Shown piece by piece: positions 44,501 through 56,500 of a DNA stretch of 64,000 bases. Origin of the DNA: Macrostomum lignano (taxonomy: Eukaryota); contig NIVC01000660.1 of NCBI GenBank assembly GCA_002269645.1, positions 248,001 through 312,000 of the forward strand, written 5' to 3'. Below the pieces are notes generated by a model that saw nothing but the letters and a program-made list of their open reading frames with translations, was not told where the DNA came from and did no database searches. A program made the position numbers and the translations under genes. Numbering within the stretch: the stretch's first letter is position 1; each line of letters opens with the position of its first letter.

Positions 44501-47500
44501 CAAATAATTTTGAATTGTTAAAAATGTTCTTTAGAGCTACTTTCTTATTAGTTTTATCCGAGAGTACAAAACAACCAGTTGCAGCACCGCAAAAATTTTC
44601 TAACTTTGTATGAAGGCCTGCAGTGTCCTTCTTATCCTGCAGTGTCCTTCTTATCCTGCAGTGTCCTTCTTATCCTGCAGTGTCCTTCTTATCCTGCAGT
44701 GTCCTTCTTATCCTGCAGTGTCCTTCTTATCCTGCAGTGTCCTTCTTATCCTGCAGTGTCCTTCTTATCCTGCAGTGTCCTTCTTATCCTGCAGTGTCCT
44801 TCTTATCCTGCAGTGTCCTTCTTATCCTGCAGTGTCCTTCTTATCCTGCAGTGTCCTTCTTATCCTGCAGTGTCCTTCTTATCCTGCAGTGTCCTTCTTA
44901 TCCTGCAGTGTCCTTCTTATCCTGCAGTGTCCTTCTTATCCTGCAGTGTCCTTCTTATCCTGCAGTGTCCTTCTTATCCTGCAGTGTCCTTCTTATCCTG
45001 CAGTGTCCTTCTTATCCTGCAGTGTCCTTCTTATCCTGCAGTGTCCTTCTTATCCTGCAGTGTCCTTCTTATCCTGCAATGTCCTTATCCTGCAGTGTCC
45101 TTCTTATCCTGCAGTGTCCTTCTTATCCTGCAGTGTCCTTCTTATCCTGCAGTTTCCTTATCCTGCAGTGTCCTTCTTATCCTGCAGTGTCCTTCTTATC
45201 CTGCTGTGTCCTTCTTATCCTGCAGTGTCCTTCTTATCCTGCTGTGTCCTTCTTATCCTGCAGTGTCCTTCTTATCCTGCTGTGTCCTTCTTATCCTGCA
45301 GTGTCCTTCTTATCCTGCAGTGTCCTTTTTATCCTTCGACAGCTTGGAAGGAAATCCCTAGCAGACGCTTTTGCAAAATCTAATGCTAATGCAATTAGAA
45401 ACTGTACTAGCAATAAAAAACTCACACTTGACCATTCAGTAGGAACCCATGTTGGACAGGGCAGCTGAGTGCACTCCATCAGATTAGCTGGTCTCTGCTC
45501 GTGAGAACATGCGGCATCTGGCGCTGGCCGGCCGGACAAGCTCTGGCACGTGACTCTGCGTAATCGGACTCCCTGGTGCCTGCCGCAGCTCCGGGAGCAC
45601 TGGGGTATAATGTCAGTTTTAGAGTAGAGTTACCTTGGCCTAAGAGTTACCTTTGTAGAGTTAATCTAGCCCTTAGTATCGAATATTTCTAATAAAGCGA
45701 GTCAGATCGTTTTACTCGTATGATCTGTGTGGATTCATTTTATATATGAAACGACTGACAAAGGGGATGTCAACTTAAGCACCAGAAGGAGCCCAAAGTT
45801 CAGCTCCGGACCAAACCGACTGAAATCGATAACTTGTCGGCCCAGACGACTAGAATCGCCGAGACATCCCATCCGGCTCCCTTCCTTGGGGTCCCAGGGG
45901 ATAAAGGGGATAAAATGGGGATCTCATGTCAACTTAAGGCTCTGGAATGGAGCCCGAAGTTCAGCTCTAGCCCAAACCGACTGAAATCGATAACTTGTCG
46001 GCCCAGACGACTAGAATCGCCGAGACATCCCATCCGGCTCCCTTCCTTGGGGTCCCAGGGGATAAAGGGGATAAAATGGGGATCTCATGTCAACTTAAGG
46101 CTCTGGAATGGAGCCCGAAGTTCAGCTCCGGCCCAAACCGACTGCAATCGATAACTTGTCGGCCCAGACGACTAGAATCGCCGAGACATCCCATCCGGCT
46201 CCCTTCCTTGGGGTCCCAGGGGATAAAGGGGATAAAATGGGGATCTCATGTCAACTTAAGGCTCTGGAATGGAGCCCGAAGTTCAGCTCTAGCCCAAACC
46301 GACTGAAATCAATAACTTGTCGGCCCAGACGACTAGAATCGCCGAGACATCCCATCCGGCTCCCTTCCTTGGGGTCCCAGGGGATAAAGGGGATAAAATG
46401 GGGATCTCATGTCAACTTAAGGCTCTGGAATGGAGCCCGAAGTTCAGCTCCGGCCCAAACCGACTGCAATCGATAACTTGTCGGCCCAGACGACTAGAAT
46501 CGCCGAGACATCCCATCCGGCTCCCTTCCTTGGGGTCCCAGGGGATAAAGGGGATAAAATGGGGATCTCATGTCAACTTAAGGCTCTGGAATGGAGCCCG
46601 AAGTTCAGCTCCGGCCCAAACCGACTGCAATCGATAACGGAGCCGGATGGGATGTCTCGGCGATTCTAGTCGTCTGGGCCGACAAGTTATCGATTTCAGT
46701 CGGTTTGGGCCGGAGCTGAACTTCGGGCTCCATTCTGGTGCTTAAGTTGACATCCCCTTTGTGTAAAATATAAACTTTATTGTAGGTAACAAAAAGCATT
46801 AATAATAATTGATTACACCTGGCCTAATGGGCAGATGCGCAACCGACAGAACAGCCGCAGCTATTGCGCGGCGCATCTGAAGGCTGCGGACGGCTGTTCA
46901 GTCCAAGGACTGGGGGTCACCACACACACTCAACTACCACAGCTAATTCTGGCACCCATTTTACAGCTGGGTGACCTGAAGCGTGCGTCCGACGCTCTAA
47001 CCACTAGGCTACAACCCCATACGAAAAAAAACTGGCGCCATGCATTTAAATTCACTTGACGACGCCTACCTCACTCCACTGACCGGCTACCCATTTTCCT
47101 GGACAGGGAGTCGAGCTGTTGCAAGGTCGCAACTCGATCGGTCTGGCGCTCTGGTCGCACCGATGCTCGTCAACGACGCTACCGTTTTGGTGGCAGCGCA
47201 CCGAACGGAGTTGAATACCTTCGTCGCATTCTGCGAGGCACTGCAAATCAGATTTAGGGGATTAGGTTTCTGGATTTTTGTTTATTCGGTGATAAAAAGT
47301 CTCTGTGACAGGCATGCAAGCGTGCCTCATTAACTTGTAGTGAACGAAACACATTAAGCCAGCATTTCCCGCTGCCCATCGAAGCAAAGCGAAATACGAG
47401 CTAGATACCGATTACTGGACAAAATCCGAATGAAAAATTCATAGCGAGTACGAGTTTTAACGGGCTTAGTACAGATTGATTTTCAACAAAAATCGTAACT

Positions 47501-50500
47501 GAACGAAAGTATTGTCTCAAAAGTTTCGAACATGCCCAGTACTGCTGGATGAGTCAGTATAGTTGTATCGAATAGCCGATTTAAGCGGGCATAACCAATA
47601 CATTCGCGCCGAACTCTGCCAAATAAGTAATCTCATTGTCATAAACCAGCACCGTTTTTACTTGTCTTATTGTTGTTAATAGTGGAGAAACCTAACCTCG
47701 CTCCAGTGACCTGCTCTCCAATGAGCACAACTGGTAGCTCTCTGGTTTGGCCGCTTGGGCACTGCATCTCTTGTTGAGCAGTAACTCTTTGGCGGCAGTA
47801 CATAGGCTAAAGGTGTCACTCGCCAAACGCAGATCAACTGCCGAGGCTGGTTTCGCTCATGACGATCGCAGGAGACGCTGCACTGACAGAAAAGTGCAAG
47901 TGAATTCTATTCTTCAACTCGACAGAGGCTGGCTGCCGTTGTCTCTAATTTGTAAATACTCGCTCAAAAATGTGGTTACAATGAGAGGAATGAAGATAAC
48001 AATGAGAAAAATTAACTCATGTTGCGCTTACTTCGCTCCACGGACGAATTACCCAATAGGGACAATTAATCTGCGCGTTGCACGGCTCTGCTGATTTGGG
48101 CTTTGGCGTCAGTCGGGAGCACTCGGTTTCATTGGCGGTCTCGTTGCTGCCATCCATAATGAGACAGTCAACGCGTCTGTGACGCCTACCGTGGGGACCG
48201 CACGATTGTGAACACTGCGGGGTTTTGGGGCGAACGGTCGGGTGATTGTAGTTACATTTAGCTATTTTGCTGAGTACGACCTTTGAAGAGTCAAATTTAG
48301 ATGTTCTGAAATGTCTTTGAATTGACTTGTTTCTCAACTACTAAGTTGCAAACCATAAATAAAGATCTAACAAAATACTGCTCTCCCTGACTCTCGTGTA
48401 TTGAATTGCCTTGCTCTCCTACCTTAGACCATTCCGTCACTCGCCAGTCAAAGCGTCTCGCAGGTGGTCTCGAATCTGGACAATCCGGCAAAGCTGGTAA
48501 GTCGACAAAACATGGTCTGACGGTGTCTGTTGGCGGGCCGATCCACTTCATGCAGTAGCTACTGTTTATTAGATGGTTGCTAGCGTTGGCGCACAGGTAC
48601 AATCTGGCTTGGCTGCCTAAAGACCCGCAGGTGGTGGAGCAACGGCCCCACTTGGAGTACAGCCAGTGAACACATTGGTTTGAACAATCCTGAAGATACT
48701 CCGGCATGCTCGCCCGGGGACAGTTAAGCGAGTTGACCTAGGTAAATTCGAAGCATCGAAATGAAGTGTAACTTTTCATGTCAAGTTATAACCAAGGCCC
48801 ACAAGAAGTTACCGTTGTACCATTGTTTCGTGGTTAAACTACTTCGTGTCATTGAATTTTTTAGAAACCTTAGAAGGGTAATTTTTGCAAGCGTTGTTAA
48901 ATTACTCGTAGTAGCACGAAGCCATAGCAAGTTTTGAAAACTTATTTAACGGGTTTATTTAACGGGTTATAGCCTAAAAATGATACAAGCACCTATTTTG
49001 GAGCTTCTGTGCCACAAAGCTAGTGCAGGTTTCTTTAAACACAGTCGAATAGAATGCTTTTTTGAAGGCAAGCATCGCTAGTATTCACGTAAACCAGCGG
49101 GCTTTTAAATAGTTTTGCAATATTCACGAGTGTTACGTCCTGATACAACGGAAACTGCTAATGGTCCTTGGTTAGAATAAAATCCTGTCTTTGTCGCAAA
49201 GGGATGAAGCGTACTTAAATCTAGAAGATTCAGATGTCTTTTGGTAAAGTTTAGTAAAAATTATAAGTTTCAAAGTGTTTTTTCGTACCTTTCTTGTTCC
49301 GATCATGCAGTTGACCTCTCTGAACCGGTGACCGTTCTGGCAAGGCATGTGACATTTGGACCAGTTGCCTGCAACCCAGCGTCCGAAACACCAGCCAGTA
49401 CAGTTGCGCACAGTTTCCGGCATCTGGCCTGGGCATAATTCACTGGGTACCGGCTCAGACTTCCAGCGGCAGTAAACACTGCGCTGCTTAATTCCACTGG
49501 AGCAGTACGCGTCGCAAGAGGACCATTCGCTGATTTTCCATTTAGGACACTCGACTGTAGTATTTTCGCACGCCTCAATTAGTTTACCTGGAATCGGTTC
49601 ATCCTTGCACTCACTATCCAGCCACCGCCTTCCACCAAACACTTGTAGTTCTTCACAAACTGCCAAGCGACTTCGTGTACCACCAGATCCGCAGGTTTTC
49701 GAGCACGCCGACCAAGATCTAAGACGCCAGGCTACAGGCCGACAGTCACCAATGCAATCGCGCTGAAGAAGTCTTACGGATCGGTTGTCGCAGTAAGCGT
49801 CTTTGTACTTCACATCTTTGATTGGCTCATCAAGAACAACATCTGGTGTACCATCGCTTTTACTTAGGACGCAATCAAAGCTATCAACTGCTGTTCCGCT
49901 GCCGCAGCGTGCACTGCAGTTTCCGGCTACACGTCGCCACTCCAACCGGCAGTGCGTATTGCACATCAGACTCGGCGGCAGTGGTGGGATGGGAATTGGC
50001 GGGTGGACTGACCGGCAAACAGCCATAGGAAGACGCCTAACAGCACCAAGCTTCATACCGCTAATGTCTTCGCAAATATGCTCAACTTTCTGACGTCCTT
50101 GGCAGAGGCGACTACAATTATCAACTGCAGCCACACGTATCCTCAAATTCGGAACAAAAGCCCTACTCGTAACTTTTATCTTTTTGTGTAGATTGGATGT
50201 TGAAATTCTTTCGCTGGTTATTTTTATTCGTACCGACAAATTGCTGGAAAGTCGTCCGATGCCACGTATGCGCCAGTCATTCTGCTTCTTGGATATCAAA
50301 ATCCAAGCACCAGAAGCCATGTACTCTTCGTCGAAGCGATCAGCGAGCTCTTTCGAAGAAGTGGTTTCAATAAAATTGTTGCTCTCTGGCTTCTTCTGAT
50401 TTACAATCTCTGCCAGATTAGTTTTCATATGATTGCCATTGGGGTACAGGGAGTCCAAAAATTTTCCCTTGTCGGACGAATCCTTTGAAGACTTGATCAG

Positions 50501-53500
50501 CTCTTAAAAGTAAAGGTGAAAGTTATTGTTTATTAGCATGAGCACCTGAAATACAGAGCTTGCATGGGGATGACGTCGAATTCTTACCAACAGTACAGAA
50601 TCGTCCGCCGCCGCCCTCAGTCATCAGTTCGATACTGCTGGAGCCTTGACTGAATGTGTGCAAATAAGACGTTCCTAAAAACGTTTTTTTGGATTTGTAA
50701 AATTTGGTTTCTGGTATACACTGCAAAAATAAACTAAATAAACTAAGAGTTTCTACCTGGTTTAATGTCTATTTCAAACGACCTGCTCTGCAAATGGCAG
50801 GTTTCATTGCTACCGCCGCAGACGCCGCAGGCATCCCAACGACTGTTCGAGTTCAGAACTCCGTCGCAACCGGCGGGCTGACGTTAAAAGGGTTAGAGAA
50901 AATTTATTTTTTCATACATGAATCTAAGCAGGGGCGTAGCTTAGTGGTCTAGCGCGGCGCTCTGATGTGCCAGCGGACCAGGCTCGATTCCAAGTGCAGT
51001 CAAATTAATTTGAGGCTAAATTGGAATCTCGGCTTCGCTCTGCTCGTGCAATTAACGCCCAGCTTGAGGGCCAACCCTCAAGGCACAGTGAAGTGTACAT
51101 GCCTAGCGATAAATAAAATTAGGGTCGGTGTACACTTCTAGAAGTGTGAGTGTATGCCTGTGCGTATGACTGCGTACGTATCCGCGCGCTTATTGTGCCT
51201 GCTCAGGGGAGTCGGCGGAATGGTGAAAATGGTCGCCGGTTAAGTCGCTTTAAGCTCACACAGTCCTCTGCCTCTGTTAAAAAAGTACTACAAAAGCATT
51301 AGCGCAAATCCTACTTGGCAAACTCCGCCAATGCAGACGCCATAATCGAACGGATGGCACGGCGAACCGTCGCGAACGCGATCAACGGTGAATATCCTGG
51401 CCAGTCTGGAGCTCCTGACCGAGTTGCCGGAGCGATCGGCTGGTTGCATCGAGCAAGTAACTGAGCGGCACAGTGAGTCCGACGATACTGCATCGTTTTG
51501 AATGGTTGGTTTTCTCACATTAATGCAATAAGCATGACACAGTCAGGTATTAGATCCGAGATTTAAACCCCACAGATAATAACTAACGTCTATGATGCAG
51601 AGCAACTGCTGTCAGTCGCTGTTCCCTTGCATCGCCAACTTCGGCAGCGATTTCTACGCTTCGGGCTTGTTTGACTGCGAACTGGGCGCACTGGGCGTCT
51701 CTTGCTGTCACACCGGCGCCTAAAACCAGGACACGAGGCGCCTCAACACTGCCGCCTGTCGACTGCTGAGAGCAGGAAGCTTGAGAACAAGTCTCCGCCA
51801 TAGCGCGTTGCCCCCGACAAAATGAACCGCCACGTCGGGGCCTGGGCAAAAAATAAAGGGTAAAAAATTTAGCGTCCGAATAAAACCTAAAGTCTCCCAT
51901 GCCTAAAATGATAACTACTGCATCCCATCTAAATTCGGTTTGAACTATTTTTACCTCGGATTGTCGCAAAACCGACGACGCCACCTGACGCCGCCGCCGC
52001 AGTCGACTGTGCAGTTTGTCCACTCGCTCCACTGACTCCAGCCGCCGTCGATTGCGCCATGCCCAGCCGGGACGCACTCTCCGTCCAAGCAGATCTGCAA
52101 AGGGACATCGTTTTTGCACAGAAAGATCAATCGAGTGATCTCAGGTCTCGCAATGAAAGCGCTTTATAATTAATTACCTTCTCATTTCCGCAAGGAGTTC
52201 CCGGAGCCCAGACCACTTTTTTTGACCAACAGATTGATTTGTTGTGCGACATCGACACTCGACACCATAGGGTGCCGCAGGGTCTCAGGTTCTGCAGTGT
52301 TACGTGTTGTTATCAAGGACTCTTGCTGCCGCCACGACGAATATGAATTTGCTTACAAGAAAATTTTTATCAATAAAATTTATTTGAGATAAGTGTTAAT
52401 AAAATTAATCTACAGGCAGTTTATTGATCTTTTATCTTTAATGAAGAGAATCTATCAGTAAATATCTCCCAGAGTCTACAACGAGAGCATGCAGGATTAT
52501 GTCTATGGCAAAAGCTCTTCGGAACCTGCAGGATGAGTCATGTCTATGGCAAACTCTCCTAGAGCCTACAAGGATTGGTTATGTCTATGGCAAAAGCTCT
52601 TCGGAACCTACAGGATGAGTCATGTCTATGGCAAACTCTCCTAGAGCCTACAGGATTAGTTATGTCTATGGCAAAAGCTCTTCGGAACCTGCAGGATGAG
52701 TCATGTCTATGGCAAACTCTCCCAGAGCCTACAAGGATTGGTTATGTCTATAGCAACCCTCTCCCGAGCCTACAGGATTAGTTATGTCTATGGCAAAGAC
52801 TCTACGGAGCCTACAGGACTAGTTATGTCTATGGCAAAATCTGCACAGAAGTTTGCTAAATATACCCCAACCAATTCCCCCCCAACCAACCGTGTCGCAC
52901 TGCGAAGCCTCAGCACCAAACAGCAGCCGGCACTGCTCGTTGACGGTGAATCGCGGATAAAATCTGCTTTCAAATGAGCGCTTGGATTTTTGCTGCTGCA
53001 GCGCAGCCGGTCTGCTGCGCTCTCGGGTGCAATCCGACTGGCTTGTGCTGCGGGGTCGGGCAGGAGTTTGAATAAAACTTCAAAATATTTGCCTATTCTG
53101 ATCCCAACCTAAGATATGCTGCGTTTCCTCTTTCAGCCAATTAGCATCTCAGCAACTCCCCATTGAGTCAACTGGCATCTCAACAACTCCCCATTGACTC
53201 ATGGCATCTCAACAACTCCCCATTGACTCATGGCATCTCAGCAACTCCCCATTGACTCATGGCATCTCAGCAACTCCCCATTGACTCATGGCATCTCAAC
53301 AACTCCCCATTGACTCATGGCATCTCAGCAACTCCCCATTGACTCATGGCATCTCAGCAACTCCCCATTGACTCATGGCATCTCAGCAACTCCCTATTGA
53401 CTCATGGCATCTCAGCAACTCCCCATTGAGCCAATTGGCATCTCAGCAACTCCCCATTGAGCCATGGCATCTCAGCAACTCCCCATTGAGCCAATTGGCA

Positions 53501-56500
53501 TCTCAGCAACTCCCCCATTGATCCATGACACAACAGCAACCTAAAAACGCTAGAGTTTAAGAAGCTCGGCATTAAACACTTGCTGTAAACCGACTGTCAC
53601 CAAATTCTGCGTTCGCAGACACGGCTTGACTTAAAATTACTTACCGTAGGAATTGTCTAAGATGCAGTTTACTACAGGTAGACCACGTCCAAGGGTATGT
53701 GCTCGGATGCAATGACGAGTCCATCACGAAGTTACCTCTGGCCTCGTGTGGGTATAGCTTTCTCGAGCAGACTGGCGAGCCATCGTGGTACATGTTAAAC
53801 CTGCAGGTATTATTATGTACGTTGTGTCAATAATTTTATCCTTTGCTTAGTATAGACGTGCAAGTTGCAAGTTAGCAATCACATGATGGAGTAAAGCTAT
53901 TTAATATTCACGGTTCTGGCTCTAAGAGAGGTTCATTGTGGCGCTAAACTGTGGTTGATTGTGGCGCTAAACTGTGGTTCATTGTGGCGCTAAACTGTGG
54001 TTCATTGTGGCGCTAAACTGTGGTTCATTTGTGGCGCTGAAGTTAGTTTATTGTAGCGCTGAAGTTAGTTTATTGTGGCGCTGAAGTTAGTTCATTGTGT
54101 CGCTAAATTTAGTTTATAATTGTGGCGCTAAACTGTGGTTCATAGTGGCGCTAAGTTTGGTTTATAGTGGCGCTAAATTGGGTGCCACCAAATTGGGTGA
54201 TTGAAAAATATTCTATTTAGATTACTACTAGTAGGACAAATACAACAAAATGTAGCGATATTCTGTTGTATATTAACTCTCACGTGTGCCCGAGCTCGTG
54301 AGCCAGAGAAAATCCCGACTGCAGACCGATCTCTTGCAGTACAATCCCGTTTCGAAGCATCTCGCAAAGCGATCGATAAGTTGTTATGCCTAAAATTGAA
54401 TTTGCAAATTTCAGTAAATTTAAAAGAATTCCAAAAACTGCAGACTTCACTGAACTCACCCAGCACCGGGTCCTTGACCAGCTTGCCGTCAAATTCGACA
54501 AATGAGAACAGAAATTTCCTGAAATCATCAAATAAAATTTCCGATGATTTTTCTTGTCACTTAGCTTTAATTAACTGATAAGTTTTTAGCCCGACGTTGG
54601 TTCGAGTCGTACTCCTTCTCATCCTTTTTTTAGAATCTTCATGGCTATTATTGGTGTAAAAAAGTTTTTTACACAACATATCGGCATTACAAAATTTTCT
54701 GCTTTAATTCTATATTTGTGTCTTTCTTGATAATAATACTTCTATTACAATTTTATTTTCAATTTTAGTGCGTGTTTTTGCCGTGATTTTTGAAATTAAC
54801 GATTAAATCTAAGTGCTACTGGATTTCGAGTTTTACTACTCACCTAGTAAGTAGTACCGAGATATCCCAAGAAACTGACTGGCCAAATCGGGATCTGTGC
54901 AGTCGGCCGATCCAAGCGTTGAACGAGTCGAGAACGTCGCTGGCCACTTGGTCGGTGTCGAGCGACATGATTTCAGCCTGAGTTTGCAGAGAATAAGATT
55001 AATTTTACGCGGATATTAAGCTAGAAATTACAGTAAAAAATTAATAAAGCCTTAAAATTCCAACCTCTTCTTCGCTGGTGAGCCGATAAACGCTAGCCAG
55101 ACTGAGTTCGATGCTCTCCTCCAGCTGGGGGTCTCTGAATACTCCTTGGGCCTAAGGAGGCGATGCGTGATGTGGCTACACGTTTTAACACTGATTGAGC
55201 CAAGTGGAGAAAGGAATTATTAGAACTGAAATTAGCATGCCAGAGTGATAGATAGAAAGCGAGTGACAAATAGTAGAGGGGGTGACAAATATGGAAAAAT
55301 ATAGGGATAAAAAGAATGATGGAGTGGGACAGAGTGACAGAGTAGGGGAGAAAGACAGTGACAGAGATGAAGCCAAAGAGAGTGACAGAATGGAGGACAA
55401 AGAGAGTGGGTGACAGAGTGAAGGAGAAAGAGAGTGACAGAGTGAAGGACAAAGAGAGCGACAGAGTGGAGGACAAAGAGAGCGACAGAGTGAAGGACAA
55501 AGAGAGTGACAGAGTGGAGGAGAAAGAGAGTGAGAGTGGAGTAGAAAGAGAATGACAGAGTGAAGGAGAAAGAGAGTGACAGAGTGAAGGACAAAGAGAG
55601 CGACAGAGTGGAGGAGAAAGAGAGTGACAGAGTGGAGGAGAAGGAGAGTGACAGAGTGAAGGACAAAGAGAGTGACAGAGTGAAGGACAAAGAGAGCGAC
55701 AGAGTGGAGGAGAAAGAGAGTGACAGAGTGGAGGAGAAGGAGAGTGACAGAGTGAAGGAGAAAGAGAGTGACAGAGTGAAGGACAAAGAGAGCGACAGAG
55801 TGGAGGACAAAGAGAGTGACAGAGTGAAGGACAAAGAGAGCGACAGAGTGGAGGACAAAGAGAGTGACAGAGTGGAGGAGAAAGAGAGTGACAGAGTGAA
55901 GGAGAAAGAGAGTGACAGAGTGAAGGACAAAGAGAGCGACAGAGTGGAGGACAAAGAGAGTGACAGAGTGGAGGAGAAAGAGAGTGACAGAGTGAAGGAC
56001 AAAGAGAGTGACAGAGTGGAGGTGAAAGAGAGTGACAGAGTGAAGGACAAAGAGAGTGACAGAGTGAAGGACAAAGAGAGCGACAGAGTGGAGGAGAAAG
56101 AGAGTGACAGAGTGAAGGACAAAGAGAGCGACAGAGTGGAGGAGAAAGAGAGCGACAGAGTAGAGGACAAAGAGAGTGACAGAGTGAAGGACAAAGAGAG
56201 TGACAGAGTGGAGGACAAAGAGAGCGACAGAGTGAAGGAGAAAGAGAGTGACAGAGTAGAGGACAAAGAGAGTGACAGAGTGAAGGACAAAGAGAGTGAC
56301 AGAGTGGAGGAGAAAGAGAGTGACAGAGTGGAGGAGAAGGAGAGTGACAGTTAAGGAAATCAATAGTTTCAATTGTATTGGATTCATTACAACGGCACTG
56401 GCAACTCACAATGCCCAATATGCCAAACACAAAATCGTCCAGAATGGCCCTATGAAAGGACACAATACTCGAATCCACCACAAACAGAATCTCAACGAAA

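Noticed and set aside
42383-44613. Plus-strand ORFs over the GC-rich region
   Set aside because: Antisense shadows of ADAMTS TSP1 and GON exons.
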